Assembly (NCBI GenBank): GCA_964016885.1
Contig: OZ024754.1
Location: 39,184,001 to 39,248,000, forward strand
Origin: Eledone cirrhosa
Lineage: Eukaryota
Direction of reading: 5' to 3'
DNA: 64,000 bases
The position numbers and the translations under genes were made by a program. How positions within the stretch are numbered: the stretch's first letter is position 1; every line of letters begins with the position of its first letter. This document shows, piece after piece, positions 1 to 13,757 of this stretch. Below the pieces are notes generated by a model that was not told where the DNA came from, did not search any database, and was given only the letters and a program-made list of their open reading frames with translations.

Positions 1-3000
1 TTCTGCTAAATCAGTATAAGATGTTAAGAGTTAAGCTGATGCTCACAACAAAATAAAAGTTTCTCATTCAAAATTATGTTAGATGTTTTGTATTGTAAAA
101 GTAGAGGCAGTTTCAGGTAGGTTGGTATCAGTAGGTGAACTCCAGTTTCTGTAGTTAGTAAATTAGTCACAAACTTGACTGAATGGTTAAGAAATTTGAT
201 TTTCTATGATTGGATCTCATTTTCAATCTCTCTGCATGACAGCCTGAAACAAATGTCTTGGGTTGACTAAAGTTTTAGGAATGAACTTATGAAGGAGACC
301 TGTTGTGAAGGCATGTGGCCTAGTGGTTAGGGTATTTAACTCTCATTCATATGGCTGCAAGCTTGATTGCAGGACCAGGTAGTACAAGTTGTGTTCTTGA
401 GAAAGAGGCGCCATTTCATGTTACCTTTCATGACATCACTGGGATGCCTATCATTAATACATTTAAGAAACTTTCTATGAGATACACCTAGGACAGCTAA
501 ATCTACATAAGTATGCGACTGTAAATCCCCACCCCTCTTTTTTTTTTCATTTCATGTTGAAAAGTGAGGATTTAGGGGTTAGTAAGCTCAGGTTTAGAAA
601 GCTCCTCCCCATCCTCTCTAGAAGATATCAGGTAATTATATATGAAATATCCTGTTTAGCACATTACGTGAGAAAATTGTACATTACTACTCTGTGACCT
701 GTCAAACTTGGATCTCTAGTCCTCAACTTAACCTGCCACTGCTGGAATCACTGTCAAAATATCTAGTTCATCTCTTACCATCCCATCTGTTTTTGTAAAA
801 ATATCTAGTAGAAAGGTTCAGACATAGCTGTATGGTTAGTTCCACTTTGCAAAGATATGAGATTTTGTGGTTCAATCACACTAACGGCACCTTGTCTTGT
901 ACTAAAACTTCAGGTTGACCAATGCCTTGTGAATCAAATTTGGTAGACAGAAACTCTGTGGAAACCTGTCATATAAATAAAACAGTTGTAGTCCTGTACA
1001 TGTAATTTCTATATAAAATAACTATGTATCTTCTCTACTAATGAACTGTGCCCCATCATGGCCACAATCTCATGACTGGAACCAATAAAATGAGACTTCA
1101 AGGCTGTGCCCCAGCATGGCCACACTCATGACTAAAACCAATACAATCAGGCTCCAAGGTATGACCAGTCTCATGACTAAAAGCTGTAAAATAATAAATA
1201 ACTCTGGTTGAGTGAACAAGGAGGTTGTGCTCACTCAACCATGGTTCCCAAGTAGCTGCCATTTTTTTTTTATAGAAATCATTATATAAGAAACATAGAA
1301 GCATTTGTAAAGCTGTAGTTTCTCATTGAAATATCTTGTGGTGGTGGTGGTAGTAGTAGTAGGTGTGTGGGTAGTGTAGTTGTTTTTATTGTCAGTATGT
1401 TGGTACTCTGAGGTGTCTTGTCTGTCGTGTGTGTGTATGTATGTTATGTATCTTGTGTGTTATGTATCTTGTGTGTGCTATGTGTTGTGTGTGTGTGTAT
1501 GGCAAAGATTTCAGATCAGATATTTTAAGTTTGCAATGCAATCTGTTTGCAATTTTATCAAAACATTTTTGTAAAAGACAAAAAACATATTTTTAAAGAA
1601 TACAGAAAAGATATATCAAAACCAAGTTATTTTCTATAAAGTATCTGGTTTATATCTACACTGGATATGAAACAAAAGTTTTTCTTAACTATGGAATCTC
1701 AATGAACTGTGCCCCATCATGGCCACAATCTCATGACTGGAACCAATAAAATGAGACTTCAAGGCTGTGCCCCAGCATGGCCAGTCTCATGACTAAAACC
1801 AATACAATCAGGCTCCAAGGCATGACCACAGTCTCATGACTAAAAGCTGTAAAATAATAAATAACTCTGGTTGAGTAAACAAGGAGGTTGTGCTCACTCA
1901 TTTTTGTAAAAGACAAAAAACATATTTTTAAAGAATACAGAAAAGATATATCAAAACCAAGTTATTTTCTATAAAGTATCTGGTTTATATCTACACTGGA
2001 TATGAAACAAAAGATTTTCTTAACTATGGAATCTCATATGGGTATGAATTAAAACTTGGTTTTTGTATCGGTTTCAATTGTTCTTAATGTTTACTTTTGA
2101 TCTTCTTTAAACCTTTTTGTGACCATATTTCTCACAAAAAATGCTGCCTTTGTATTTCTATTAATAAAATAATGAAATATAAACTCATAGGGAGCCTGCT
2201 AAATCTACATATGTGTGAGCTGTAACAACATGATAGGACTGGGGCCTCTCTCATTAAAATGCCCGAGAAGCCTCCTATGGGATACAACCTCATAGGAAGC
2301 CAGCTAAACCTACAAAGGTGTGAGCTGTGACATGATAGGACTGGGGCCTCTCATTAAAACACCCAAGAAACTTCCCATGAAACACAACTTTGTAGGAGGC
2401 CAGCTAAACCTACATAGGTATGAGCTGTAACAACAACATAGTAAGACTGGAACCACTATCACTAAAACACCCAAGAAACCTAACATTTTCTTCTTCACAT
2501 TGGATGGTTTGATGCATCAACCATCCAAAATGGCAGCATTAATATTAAATTGTCCCATAGAACTATAAAATACTAACAAATTGCACTCACTAACCCATAT
2601 TTTTTGTTATCTAAATAAGCTTAGCAGCACATAAATCTGCAAATATTTAGCATGCTCTTAACTAGTATAGATAGGCAGTGAATTGGCAATCTTTAGAATA
2701 TTGGATACAATGTTTAGCAGTATTTGTTCTGGTTGTTTGTGTGCTCTGAGTTAAAATCCTACTCAGGTCAACCTTGCCTTTCATTCTTTCAAGGCCGATA
2801 CAAAAAAAAAAAATGTACCAGTCTAATACTGAGGTTAATTCTTCCTCTACATTTTTTCTCACTTTCTCTTTCTTTCTCCCATTCTCGCTGTCCCTGAAAG
2901 AAATTGACCATATTCGCCCCAGGGTCAAAATGGCCAAGACATGATCCCCAAGACTCAATCAGGAGTTATAAATTCATACATACATGGAGTAAACTGAAAA

Positions 3001-3624
3001 GATAAACTGGATGTTCCTAGATATTTTAACAGACAACAACAACAACGTGACAGTTTTGAGAGCATTTGACAAAATTCCTTGTTTTGGCCCTCTGCACTCA
3101 ATTCAAATCCTGTCATGGCCAGCTTTGTCTCTCAGCCATTAGCCCAGGTTTGCAATATTTAACATGGTCAACATATAATGGTTTCTGATTTAGTAACAAG
3201 GCCAACAACTTTGGGGGAAAGGGAAAGTTGATTAAATCAACCCCAGTACATTACTGGTATGTTATATTATCGACTCTGTAAAGATGAAAGGCAAAACTAA
3301 CCTCAGTTGGATTTGAACTCAGTACGTAAATGTCCGTAAGTCTATTCCAGTAAGCTTGTTGTCCGACGCTCTACCGATTCTGCCAGTCCACTGCACCACA
3401 TGGCCAACATAGAATAAAATGAATTCACACCAAAATAGAAATCTATAATTTACACTAAACATGTGAATGACATGTTTATTATGACAGTACAAGAATAGAA
3501 ACAACAAACAAAACAGACATGAATATAACTGTATTCCCCCACTTCAACATCTAACATGGCTCAGCTAAAAATATCAAACTGACAACTCCATATTTAGATG
3601 TAAATATATACTGATGTAATATGC

Positions 3625-4362
3625 ACCCAGTACACTCTGTAAAGTGGTAATCCCATGATAAAATGTATTTTGTACACTCTGTAAAGTGGTAGTGTCATGA
3701 TAAAATGTATTTTGTACACCTTGTAAAGTGGTAGTGACATGATAAAATGTATTTTGTACACTCTGTAAAGTGGTAGGGTCATGATAAAATGTATTTTGTA
3801 CACTGTAAAGTGGTAGTGTCATATTAAAATGTATTTTGTACACTCTGTAAAGTGGTAGTGCTATGATAAAATGTAGCCAGTACACTCTGAAAAGTGGTAC
3901 TGCTGGTTATAAGAAAAATACACCTTCAGCACACTCTGTTTATTTGGTAGAGTTGGTGCCATGAAAAAACATACCCAGTACACTCTGTAAAATGGTAGTT
4001 TGTGCTATGAAAAAAACACACCCATAGAGTTGGTGTTACGAAAAAATATACCCCTACTACACTCTGTTTATGTGGTAGTCTGGTGCCATGAAAAAAACAC
4101 ACCCAGTACGCTCTGCAAAGTGGTAGTGCTTGTGTCACAAAAAACACACCCAGTACGCTCAGCAAAGTGGTATTGCTTGTGTCACAAAAATACACCCTGT
4201 ACGCTCTGCAAAGTGGTATTGGTTGTGTCACAAAACACACCCAGTACGCTCTGCAAAGTGGTAGTGGTTGTGTCACAAAACACACCCAGTACGCTCTGCA
4301 AAGTGGTAGTGGTTGTGTCACAAAACACACCCAGTACCCTCTGCAAAGTGATGGTGCTGGTA
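3625..4362 (+). repeat. 42-46-bp diverged tandem repeat of the TACACTCTGTAAAGTGGT module
   Basis: The unit drifts along the array. Related arrays lie at ~14655-15012 (-) and 20110-20520. Confidence 0.85.
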
Positions 4363-4787
4363 CCCTAAAAAAAAACATGCTCCCAGAACACCATGTTTTG
4401 TTTCTATCCCTATTAGCTAAAAACCATCAATAAATGCCTACATAGTGACAGTTAAAGTTCACACAGTTTTAAAATGTCAATTATAAAGCCTATTATTATG
4501 GACTGCCTTTAGATTCTCTTTCATAAAAGGAACACTACAAAGAGAAATTACAGAATAAAACCTAACATGAGCCATTAAACGAGACAACAATTATTTAGTG
4601 AACCCAACTATAGAATAATACAGAAACAAATTCAACCCTTTCATTACCATATTTCTAATGGAATACACTGCCTCTGATTTTCAAATAATTTTGGAAATAA
4701 TCAAAAATTTGGATGGATTAATAGTGGTATAGCTAAAGGGGGGAGGCAAAGGCTGGCACAGCTTATTTACCAGTGTTGTCACAACCT

Positions 4788-5523
4788 GCACATGGCTTAG
4801 TGGTTAGAGCATTGGCCTTGCAATTGAAAGGTTGTGAGTTCAATTCTCAGACCGGGTGATGTGTTGTTTCCTTGAGCAAGACACTTTATTTCACATTGCT
4901 CCAGTTTACTCAGCTGTAGAAATGAGATGATAGGGATTGGGGTCCATATCATTCCACTGCAAAGTGGTCGTGGAGGTGCCACGGCAAAAAAGCACCCAGC
5001 ACTCACTGTAAATGAGGTTGGTGTTAGGAAGGGCATCCAGCTGTAGAAATCAAGCCAGAATCAGTTCCTGTATGAGCAAGGCATGGTCAGCCGACCAGAC
5101 GCTGCCCACAACAGGACAACCCGTCTAACCCATGCCAGCGTGGAAGAACGGACGTAAAACGGTGATGATGATGATGATATATATATAATGTAAATGACAA
5201 TCAAAAGCAACACTACAAAGAGAAATTACATTGTCATTTACATTGTATTTCGGCTCTATACTTGTTATTTTACATTGAGCTATTTTCATACTTGTAACTG
5301 GATAATATTTACCCACATTACCCACATTACATGATGGCGGTGGATTGGCGGAGGATGCGACGCCATGCTTTGCAGCAAAGAGTTAGTCTTTTATGGTCTG
5401 AGTTCAAATCCTGGTGAGGTTAACTTTGCCTTTCATCCTTACAGAGTCGATAAAATAAAGTACCGGTAATGCACTGGGGTAATTGGTGGGCTTGTGCCAA
5501 AAGTAGAAACAATTATTACCCAC

Positions 5524-5593
<70 letters not shown>

Positions 5594-5924
5594 TTAGTGT
5601 TTAGAGCATTGGCCTTGCAATCAAAAGGTTGTGAGTTCAATTCTCAGACCGGGTGATGTGTTGTTTCCTTGAGCAAGACACTTTATTTCACATTGCTCCA
5701 GTTTACTCAGCTGTAGAAATGAGATGATAGGGACTGGGGTCCCTATCATTCCACTGCAAAGTGGTCGTGGAGGTGCCACAGCAAAAAAGCACCCAGCACT
5801 CACTGTAAATGAGGTTGGTGTTAGGAAGGGCATCCAGCTGTAGAAATCAAGCCAGAATCAGTTCCCGTCCCACCCTTGCAAGCAGGGAAAAAGCGGACGT
5901 AAAATGAGATGATGATGATGAGAT
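4788..5924 (+). mobile_element. Cluster of SINE A, SINE B and SINE A copies
   Basis: Family A at ~4788-5177 and 5589-5924; family B at ~5336-5518; (TA)n between the last two. Confidence 0.85.
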
Positions 5925-6055
5925 GATATGCCCCAGCATGGCCTCAGCCAGATGGATGGAACAGGTAAAAGAGTAAATATATATATATATATATGCGCGC
6001 GCACGCACACACGCGCACAAACACACGCACGTGCACAAACGCACACAAACACACG

Positions 6056-6100
<45 letters not shown>

Positions 6101-6128
6101 TAACGTGGAAGATGGACGTTAAACAATG

Positions 6129-6170
<42 letters not shown>

Positions 6171-6659
6171 CATACAATGTTGTTCAAAGCAAAGATAAAG
6201 ACCAATGCATATTGGCCCCAGTGTTGTCATGTCCCATATATATTCACTATATGTGTTGTTGTCCATAGTGAAAGCCAATACAGATTAGTATCAGTCATCA
6301 CAACAAAACTTTTCCTGCTGAGTGGATTGAAGCAACAGGGGAAATAAAATGTCTTGCTCAAGGATACAACACACACTGTCTGGACCTAGTATTGAACTCA
6401 CAACCATCCAATTGTGAACCTAACCACTAATCCACATACTGTTATATATTGGCCCTAAAACTACTACCATAGTTTCTCACCTAGCCATCATTAGCGCTAT
6501 AAATAGAAAAACTGAAAATTGCCAACTCCAAGATTATAAAAGGCTGATAAGAAAAGATTCAACGATAACACAAACTTTCTTTTATAGAATTCCATGGAAT
6601 TCTCTGGAAACTGGTTGTTGTTTCTTCTTTGTCATCATTATCATCTTAGTTTTATGTCT

Positions 6660-6691
<32 letters not shown>

Positions 6692-7170
6692 CATACCTGG
6701 TTGGATAGGCAGTTAGTGTGACTCTTATATTCTGTGATGGTCATTGTTGTGTGATGGTAAAAAATTATTGATACTTTATTTTATCAACCCCGTAAGGATT
6801 TGAACTTAGAATGTAAAGGGAAGTAACTATATGCTGCAAAGCATGTTGTCCGCCGCTCTACCGATACTGCCAATCCACAGCCTTTGTATGATAATAATAA
6901 TAATTGTTTCTACTTTTGGCACAAGGCCAGCAATTACCCCAGTGCATTACTGGTGCTTTATTTTATTGACTCCGTAAAGTTGAAAGGCAAAGTCAACCTC
7001 GGCGGGATTTGAACTCATAATGTAATAATTGTTCTAACTTTAGGCACAAGGCCAGCAATTACCCAGTGCATTACTGGTACTTTATTTTATCGACCCCGTA
7101 AGGATGAAAGGCAAAGTCAACCTCGGCGGGATTTGAACTCAGATCGTAAAGGGACGTAACTATGCTGTAA

Positions 7171-7433
7171 AGCATGGCGTCCGACCCTCTACCGATACTG
7201 CCAATCCACCACCCTAGCATGGCGTCCGACCCTCTATCGATACTGCCAATCCACCACCCTAGCATGGCGTCCGACCCTCCACCGATACTGCCAATCCACC
7301 ACCCTAGCATGGCGTCCGACCCTCCACCGATACTGCCAATCCACCACCCTAGCATGGCATCCGACCCTCCACCGATACTGCCAATCCACCACCCTAGCAT
7401 GGCGTCCGACCCTCCACCGATACTGCCAATCCA
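7171..7433 (-). repeat. 45-bp tandem repeat (6 copies) of the SINE B head
   Basis: AGCATGGCGTCCGACCCTCCACCGATACTGCCAATCCACCACCCT starting at 7171, 7216, 7261, 7306, 7351 and 7396. Confidence 0.92.
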
Positions 7434-7998
7434 AATGTAATAATGAACTGGAATGGCACACATTTTCATGACTTGTCTGGTGTTCCTACAGAAAGTTTGA
7501 ATCATTGGAAATAACATTTGTTAGGATACTGGATATGTAGAATGGTGGGGATATAGTGGGTTAAGACGCGAGAGGGGACATGGTGGGTTAAGACGTTAGA
7601 GGGGATATAGTGGGTTAAGACGTGAGAGGGGACATGGTGGGTTAAGACATTAGGTATATATAATTTAGAATGGTGAGATATATTGGGTTAAGACATTAAA
7701 TATAGTGGGGATATAGTGGGTTAAGTTGTTGGTGGGGATATAGAGGGTTAAGCCGTGAATATTCACAGAAGGAAGGAAGAGTAAGATAGATAAATAAATC
7801 GATAACAAGATTTATTTTTGTCTAGATATATCAAAGATGTTTGAGCTAAATACTGTCTAAATCTGCAAATCATGACAAGTGATTAGGAATTTTAAGAATT
7901 ATTCCATTGACACTGGATTGGAATAGTTTCCAATTCTGTGGGGAATTACTGCATTGGATTATTTTGTTTGTGTCTGCATGCAAACTCACATGCATGTG

Positions 7999-8047
<49 letters not shown>

Positions 8048-8539
8048 GTCATCATTTCACATATATTTTCCATATTTTCATGATCTGAGGCTAAGACCAA
8101 TCAAGTGGCCTTGCCTTGCTCATATGTTCCAATTTTAGCAAGGTTTCTACAGCTGTATACCCCTTCCCAATGCCAACCACTTTATGATGTGGACTGTGAG
8201 TACTTTATCATTGCTCCAGCACTACCCCCTTACTAGGTGGACTGTTACCTTTTTCGCATCACATCAGCACTACCCCCATACAGGGTAGAGTGGGTGCATT
8301 TTGTCATGGAACCAGTACTACCACCTTATCGATCACAAACGATCGATTGTAATTGAACCACCGCAGACTCAGAAAACTCATCAGGGGTATAGGGGTATAG
8401 TCTCTAGCATTCTAATGGAAATATAGCCGACCGGAGCTCAACCATCGGGGTCCTGAATCTTTTCATATTACCCACTCTACTACCCCAAGTATCAAGTACT
8501 CTGGTGGGTTATGGTCTACTTGGTTTTTTACCCACCCTA

Positions 8540-8598
<59 letters not shown>

Positions 8599-8747
8599 GT
8601 GCAGTTGAATTTTGTCATAAATACCCAAAGTTGGCGGAACACTCAGTCCATGGGGAGCTGTGCTATATAATTTTTTTTATTAGAATAGAAGCTCATGTAT
8701 TCAGAAAATGTTTTGATGTATATACATATATGTATATATATATATTA

Positions 8748-8787
<40 letters not shown>

Positions 8788-8796
8788 CACGCACAC

Positions 8797-8851
<55 letters not shown>

Positions 8852-9434
8852 TATCCTGCCCACACTGTTAAGTGGTGGTCGTCTGGGTGTCACTGCAAAA
8901 AGCAATCAGCACACACTGTAAATGTAATTAACGTTAGGAAGGGCATCCAACCATAGAAATTTATGAGCAATACACGGTCACCTGATGCAACTTGCCTCTA
9001 ATGGGACAAACCTGTCTATCCCATGCTAGCGTGGAAAATAGACGTTAAATGGTGATTATGAAATATCAATTGAAATAAAATCTCAATTTAGTTGCACTAT
9101 AAAATTTCAATGAAAATTAGATATGAAAAAATTTAGAGCATACTTTTATGACATTAGGGAAACAGCAATAATTGTGTGTGTGTGCGTTTGCACGCTCACA
9201 CAAGCAAACGTTCTGATTTTCTGGTAGAAGACTGTTTTTCAAATGTTTATATTTATAAAAAAAACTTCCACTATAGTTTTATATAAAAACCTTTAAGCAC
9301 CAATTTAATGATGAGAAAATTAGTTTTATCATTAAAACCCCCTAAATTCTTGATTATTTTTGAAATGATTTACAAATCATAGTCAGTTTTTCATTAGAAA
9401 TATGGTAACAGAAGGTTTAAGGTTCCTTGACATA

Positions 9435-9629
9435 CAAGGGCCAACTGAAAACTTCATAGGCTGACCAAGATACTCTGATGGGATGACCAAATGTGGCTTA
9501 TTTTTTAACACGGTCTTTGGTAAAGGACAGTGCAGTTATTAATAAGAGTTGAAATTAATGCATGCAAGATTTCACAGCCCTAGCATCACTCTTTCATAGT
9601 CAGCCTATGAACTTTTCAGTTGACCCTCG
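9435..9629. mobile_element. mariner-like MITE
   Basis: ~31-bp imperfect TIRs CAAGGGCCAACTGAAAACTTCATAGGCTGAC / GTCAGCCTATGAACTTTTCAGTTGACCCTCG; TA at the left flank. Confidence 0.7.
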
Positions 9630-10061
9630 CGTCTGTTCCCCACTCATAGTTTTCATAATTGTCAGTTGATGGTTGGATGCCATGCTTTGCAGCATAGTTA
9701 TGGCCCTTTACGGTCTGAGTTCAAATTCCGCCACGGTTAACTTAGCCTTTCATCCTTACAGGGTTGATAAAATAAAGTACCAGTAATGCACTGGGGTATT
9801 TACAGGCCTTGTGCCTAAAGTAGAAACAATTATTAAATGTGAACAATCCAGAGTTATTCCAGGAATATATTTTATAACTGGAATAGATTTATATCTTTTA
9901 ACATAACTGGAATAGATTTATATCTTTTAACATAAACCATGTGCTTAGAGTGGTTTTGATAGATAGTGTGTTTGTGTGTGTGTGTATGAGAACAAGAGTG
10001 TGTGAGATAGATAGATTTTCTGAGTGAGGGAGAGTGTGTGTGTTTGTATGTGTGAGATACA

Positions 10062-10109
<48 letters not shown>

Positions 10110-11649
10110 AAGACAGATAAAGAGAAAGTTGTTGTTCCTATTTATTTTGAGTCACCAGTATATCTGTCATGGTAATTATATATATTTAGACATATTGTCA
10201 CCCCCGCCTCACTCTCCGTTCTATCCCAAATATCTACCCTGGGGTTTTTATTGTCTATAAACATTCTGGCAAATTTTTGTAGCTATAGTCATCATTGTCA
10301 TTGGTGTCACCTTCATCATCATTTTTACCTGCCACTATCCCTTCCATACTGGCATGGGCTGGAAGAGACCTTTTGAGGCTGCGTTATGGCCAGATTCCTT
10401 TCTGATGACAACACTTTTAGTCACCTCCTACAGCACACAAGGGATATGGTGTATGTATCCTAAAAACTGGGATATATATACATGAATATTAAAACTATTT
10501 TTGCCAGTTAACATTTTCATTTTATTTGTATTACTTGTGTGTCTCTCAGTTTAGAATAGATACACCATATCCCTGCATGTTGTAGGAGGCGACGAAAAGA
10601 GTTGACACCAGGAAGGGAATCAGACTATAAAACAACACAACCCTTTTGATAATTACGAACCCTGTGGTGTGCGTGTGTGTCGTCCCCCCCCCCCCACGCA
10701 CAAGGCTAACCCCTATTTTAGCAGGGAAAATGGTCTTTAAATACTTGTTGATGAATGAGTTACACATGAACCTCTCGCTCTACATGTTGTTAAAGTTCAA
10801 CAGGTCTTCTCTCTCTACATGTAGTTAGACAGGTCCTCTCTCTCTCTACATGTAAAAGTTTAACAAGTCCTCTCTCCATACATGTTGTAGTTAGACAGGT
10901 CCTCTCTACATGTTGTAAAAGTTTAACAAGTCCTCTCCCTCTACATGTTGTAGTTAGACAGGTCCTCTCCAACATGGCCTCTCTCTCCACATGTAAAAGT
11001 TAGACCAGTGTGTATCAGCGCACCAGTGTACCAGTGTGTATTCTTGCAAAGTTTAATTAAAATTTCTCTCTCACTACACCAGCTTTCACCACCTCTGCCC
11101 ATGTCTTTCCTGATCTTCCTTTTATGCAACTTCCTTCCATTTGGTACTCCTTGCACTTCTTTACCCAACTATCCTTCATAAACCCTACATGTCTGTACCA
11201 GTGCAGTCTTCTCTCATATTTTAATGAATCAAATTTCTTGCTTCACTACTTTCAGTATGTTTGTATTTCAACTGTAATTCTTTAGTTTCAATGTGCCTTA
11301 CTTATCTTTAAATGTTAATCACAATAGCAGAGCAGATAGTAACTTTTCCTATGTATCCTATTTCTATATCTTTCCTACTTGTACTTTGCTTACTGATTAC
11401 CTTATCAACTAAGTGTTTAGTAAAATGAAAAAAAATAAAAATAAAAAATGCAATATAGTATTTGTTCTAGCTCTTTACATTTTGAGTTCAAATTCTGTCA
11501 AGGTCAGTATTGTCTTTCATCCTGCTGGAGTTGATAAAAGTACCTGTCTAGAACTGGGGTCAATAGACTTTCCCCTCACCCTAGAAAATTGTTGGCTTTC
11601 TTCCTAAATTTGAAACCATTATAATATTACATGGTTTCTCATTGCTGCT

Positions 11650-13757
11650 TGGTTAAGTCCTAGAAATACCTGTGTTATGGTGGTTAAGTCCCTAGAAACA
11701 CCTGTGTTATGGTGGTTAAGTCCCTAGAAATACCTGTGTTATGGTGGTTAAGTCCTAGAAATACCTGTGTTATGGTGGTTAAGTCCTAGAAATACCTGTG
11801 TTATGGTGGTTAAGTCCCTAGAAATACCTGTTATGGTGGTTAAGTCCTAGAAATACCTGTGTTATGGTGGTTAAGTCCCTAGAAACACCTGTGTTATGGT
11901 GGTTAAGTCCCTAGAAATACCTGTGTTATGGTGGTTAAGTCCTAGAAATACCTGTGTTATGGTGGTTAAGTCCTAGAAATACCTGTGTTATGGTGGTTAA
12001 GTCCTAGAAATACCTGTTATGGTGGTTAAGTCCCTAGAAATACCTGTTATGGTGGTTAAGTCCCTAGAAATACCTGTGTTATGGTGGTTAAGTCCCTAGA
12101 AATACCTGTGTTATGGTGGTTAAGTCCTAGAAATACCTGTGTTATGGTGGTTAAGTCCCTAGAAATACCTGTTATGGTGGTTAAGTCCTAGAAATACCTG
12201 TGTTATGGTGGTTAAGTCCCTAGAAATACCTGTGTTATGGTGGTTAAGTCCTAGAAATACCTGTTATGGTGGTTAAGTCCCTAGAAATACCTGTGTTATG
12301 GTGGTTAAGTCAATAGAAATACCTGTGTTATGGTGGTTAAGTCAATAGAAACACCTGTGTTATGGTGGTTAAGTCCCTAGAAATACCTGTGTTATGGTGG
12401 TTAAGTCCCTAGAAATACCTGTGTTATGGTGGTTAAGTCCCTAGAAATACCTGTGTTATGGTGGTTAAGTCCTAGAAATACCTGTTATGGTGGTTAAGTC
12501 CCTAGAAATGCCTGTGTTATGGTGGTTAAGTCCCTAGAAACACCTGTGTTATGGTGGTTAAGTCCTAGAAATACCTGTGTTATGGTGGTTAAGTCCCTAG
12601 AAATACCTGTGTTATGGTGGTTAAGTCCTAGAAATACCTGTGTTATGGTGGTTAAGTCCCTAGAAATACCTGTGTTATGGTGGTTAAGTCCCTAGAAATA
12701 CCTGTGTTATGGTGGTTAAGTCCTAAAAATACCTGTGTTATGGTGGTTAAGTCCTAGAAATACCTGTGTTATGGTGGTTAAGTCCCTAGAAATACCTGTG
12801 TTATGGTGGTTAAGTCCCTAGAAATACCTGTGTTATGGTGGTTAAGTCCCTAGAAATACCTGTGTTATGGTGGTTAAGTCCCTAGAAATACCTGTGTTAT
12901 GGTGGTTAAGTCCTAAAAATACCTGTGTTATGGTGGTTAAGTCCCTAGAAATACCTGTGTTATGGTGGTTAAGTCCCTAGAAATACCTGTGTTATGGTGG
13001 TTAAGTCCCTAGAAATACCTGTGTTATGGTGGTTAAGTCCCTAGAAATACCTGTGTTATGGTGGTTAAGTCCCTAGAAATACCTGTGTTATGGTGGTTAA
13101 GTCCTAGAAATACCTGTGTTATGGTGGTTAAGTCCTAGAAATACCTGTGTTATGGTGGTATAGTCCTAGAAATACCTGTGTTATGGTGGTATAGTCTTAG
13201 AAATACCTGTGTTATGGTGGTATAGTCCTAGAAACACCTGTGTTATGGTGGTTAAGTCCTAGAAACACCTGTGTTATGGTGGTTAAGTCCCTAGAAACAC
13301 CTGTGTTATGGTGGTATAGTCCTAGAAACACCTGTGTTATGGTGGTATAGTCCTAGAAACACCTGTGTTATGGTGGTATAGTCCTAGAAACACCTGTGTT
13401 ATGGTGGTTAAGTCCTAGAAACACCTGTGTTATGGTGGTTAAGTCCCTAGAAACACCTGTGTTATGGTGGTATAGTCCTAGAAACACCTGTGTTATGGTG
13501 GTTAAGTCCTAGAAACACCTGTGTTATGGTGGTATAGTCCTAGAAATACCTGTGTTATGGTGGTATAGTCCTAGAAATACCTGTGTTATGGTGGTATAGT
13601 CCTAGAAACACTGTTATGGTGGTTAAGTCCTAGAAACACCTGTGTTATGGTTGTATAGTCTTAGAAACACTTGTGCTATGGTGGTTAAGTCCTAGAAATA
13701 CCTGTGTTATGGTGGTGTAGTTTTAGAAATACCTGTGTTATGGTGGTTTAGTCCAAG
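11650..13757. repeat. 29-32-bp minisatellite, roughly 65 copies
   Basis: Unit TGTGTTATGGTGGTTAAGTCC(C)TAGAAATACC. Confidence 0.95.

Noticed and set aside
8325-8390. Minus-strand CTGATGA with a CGATCG palindrome
   Set aside because: GAAA is missing and stems I and II do not pair.
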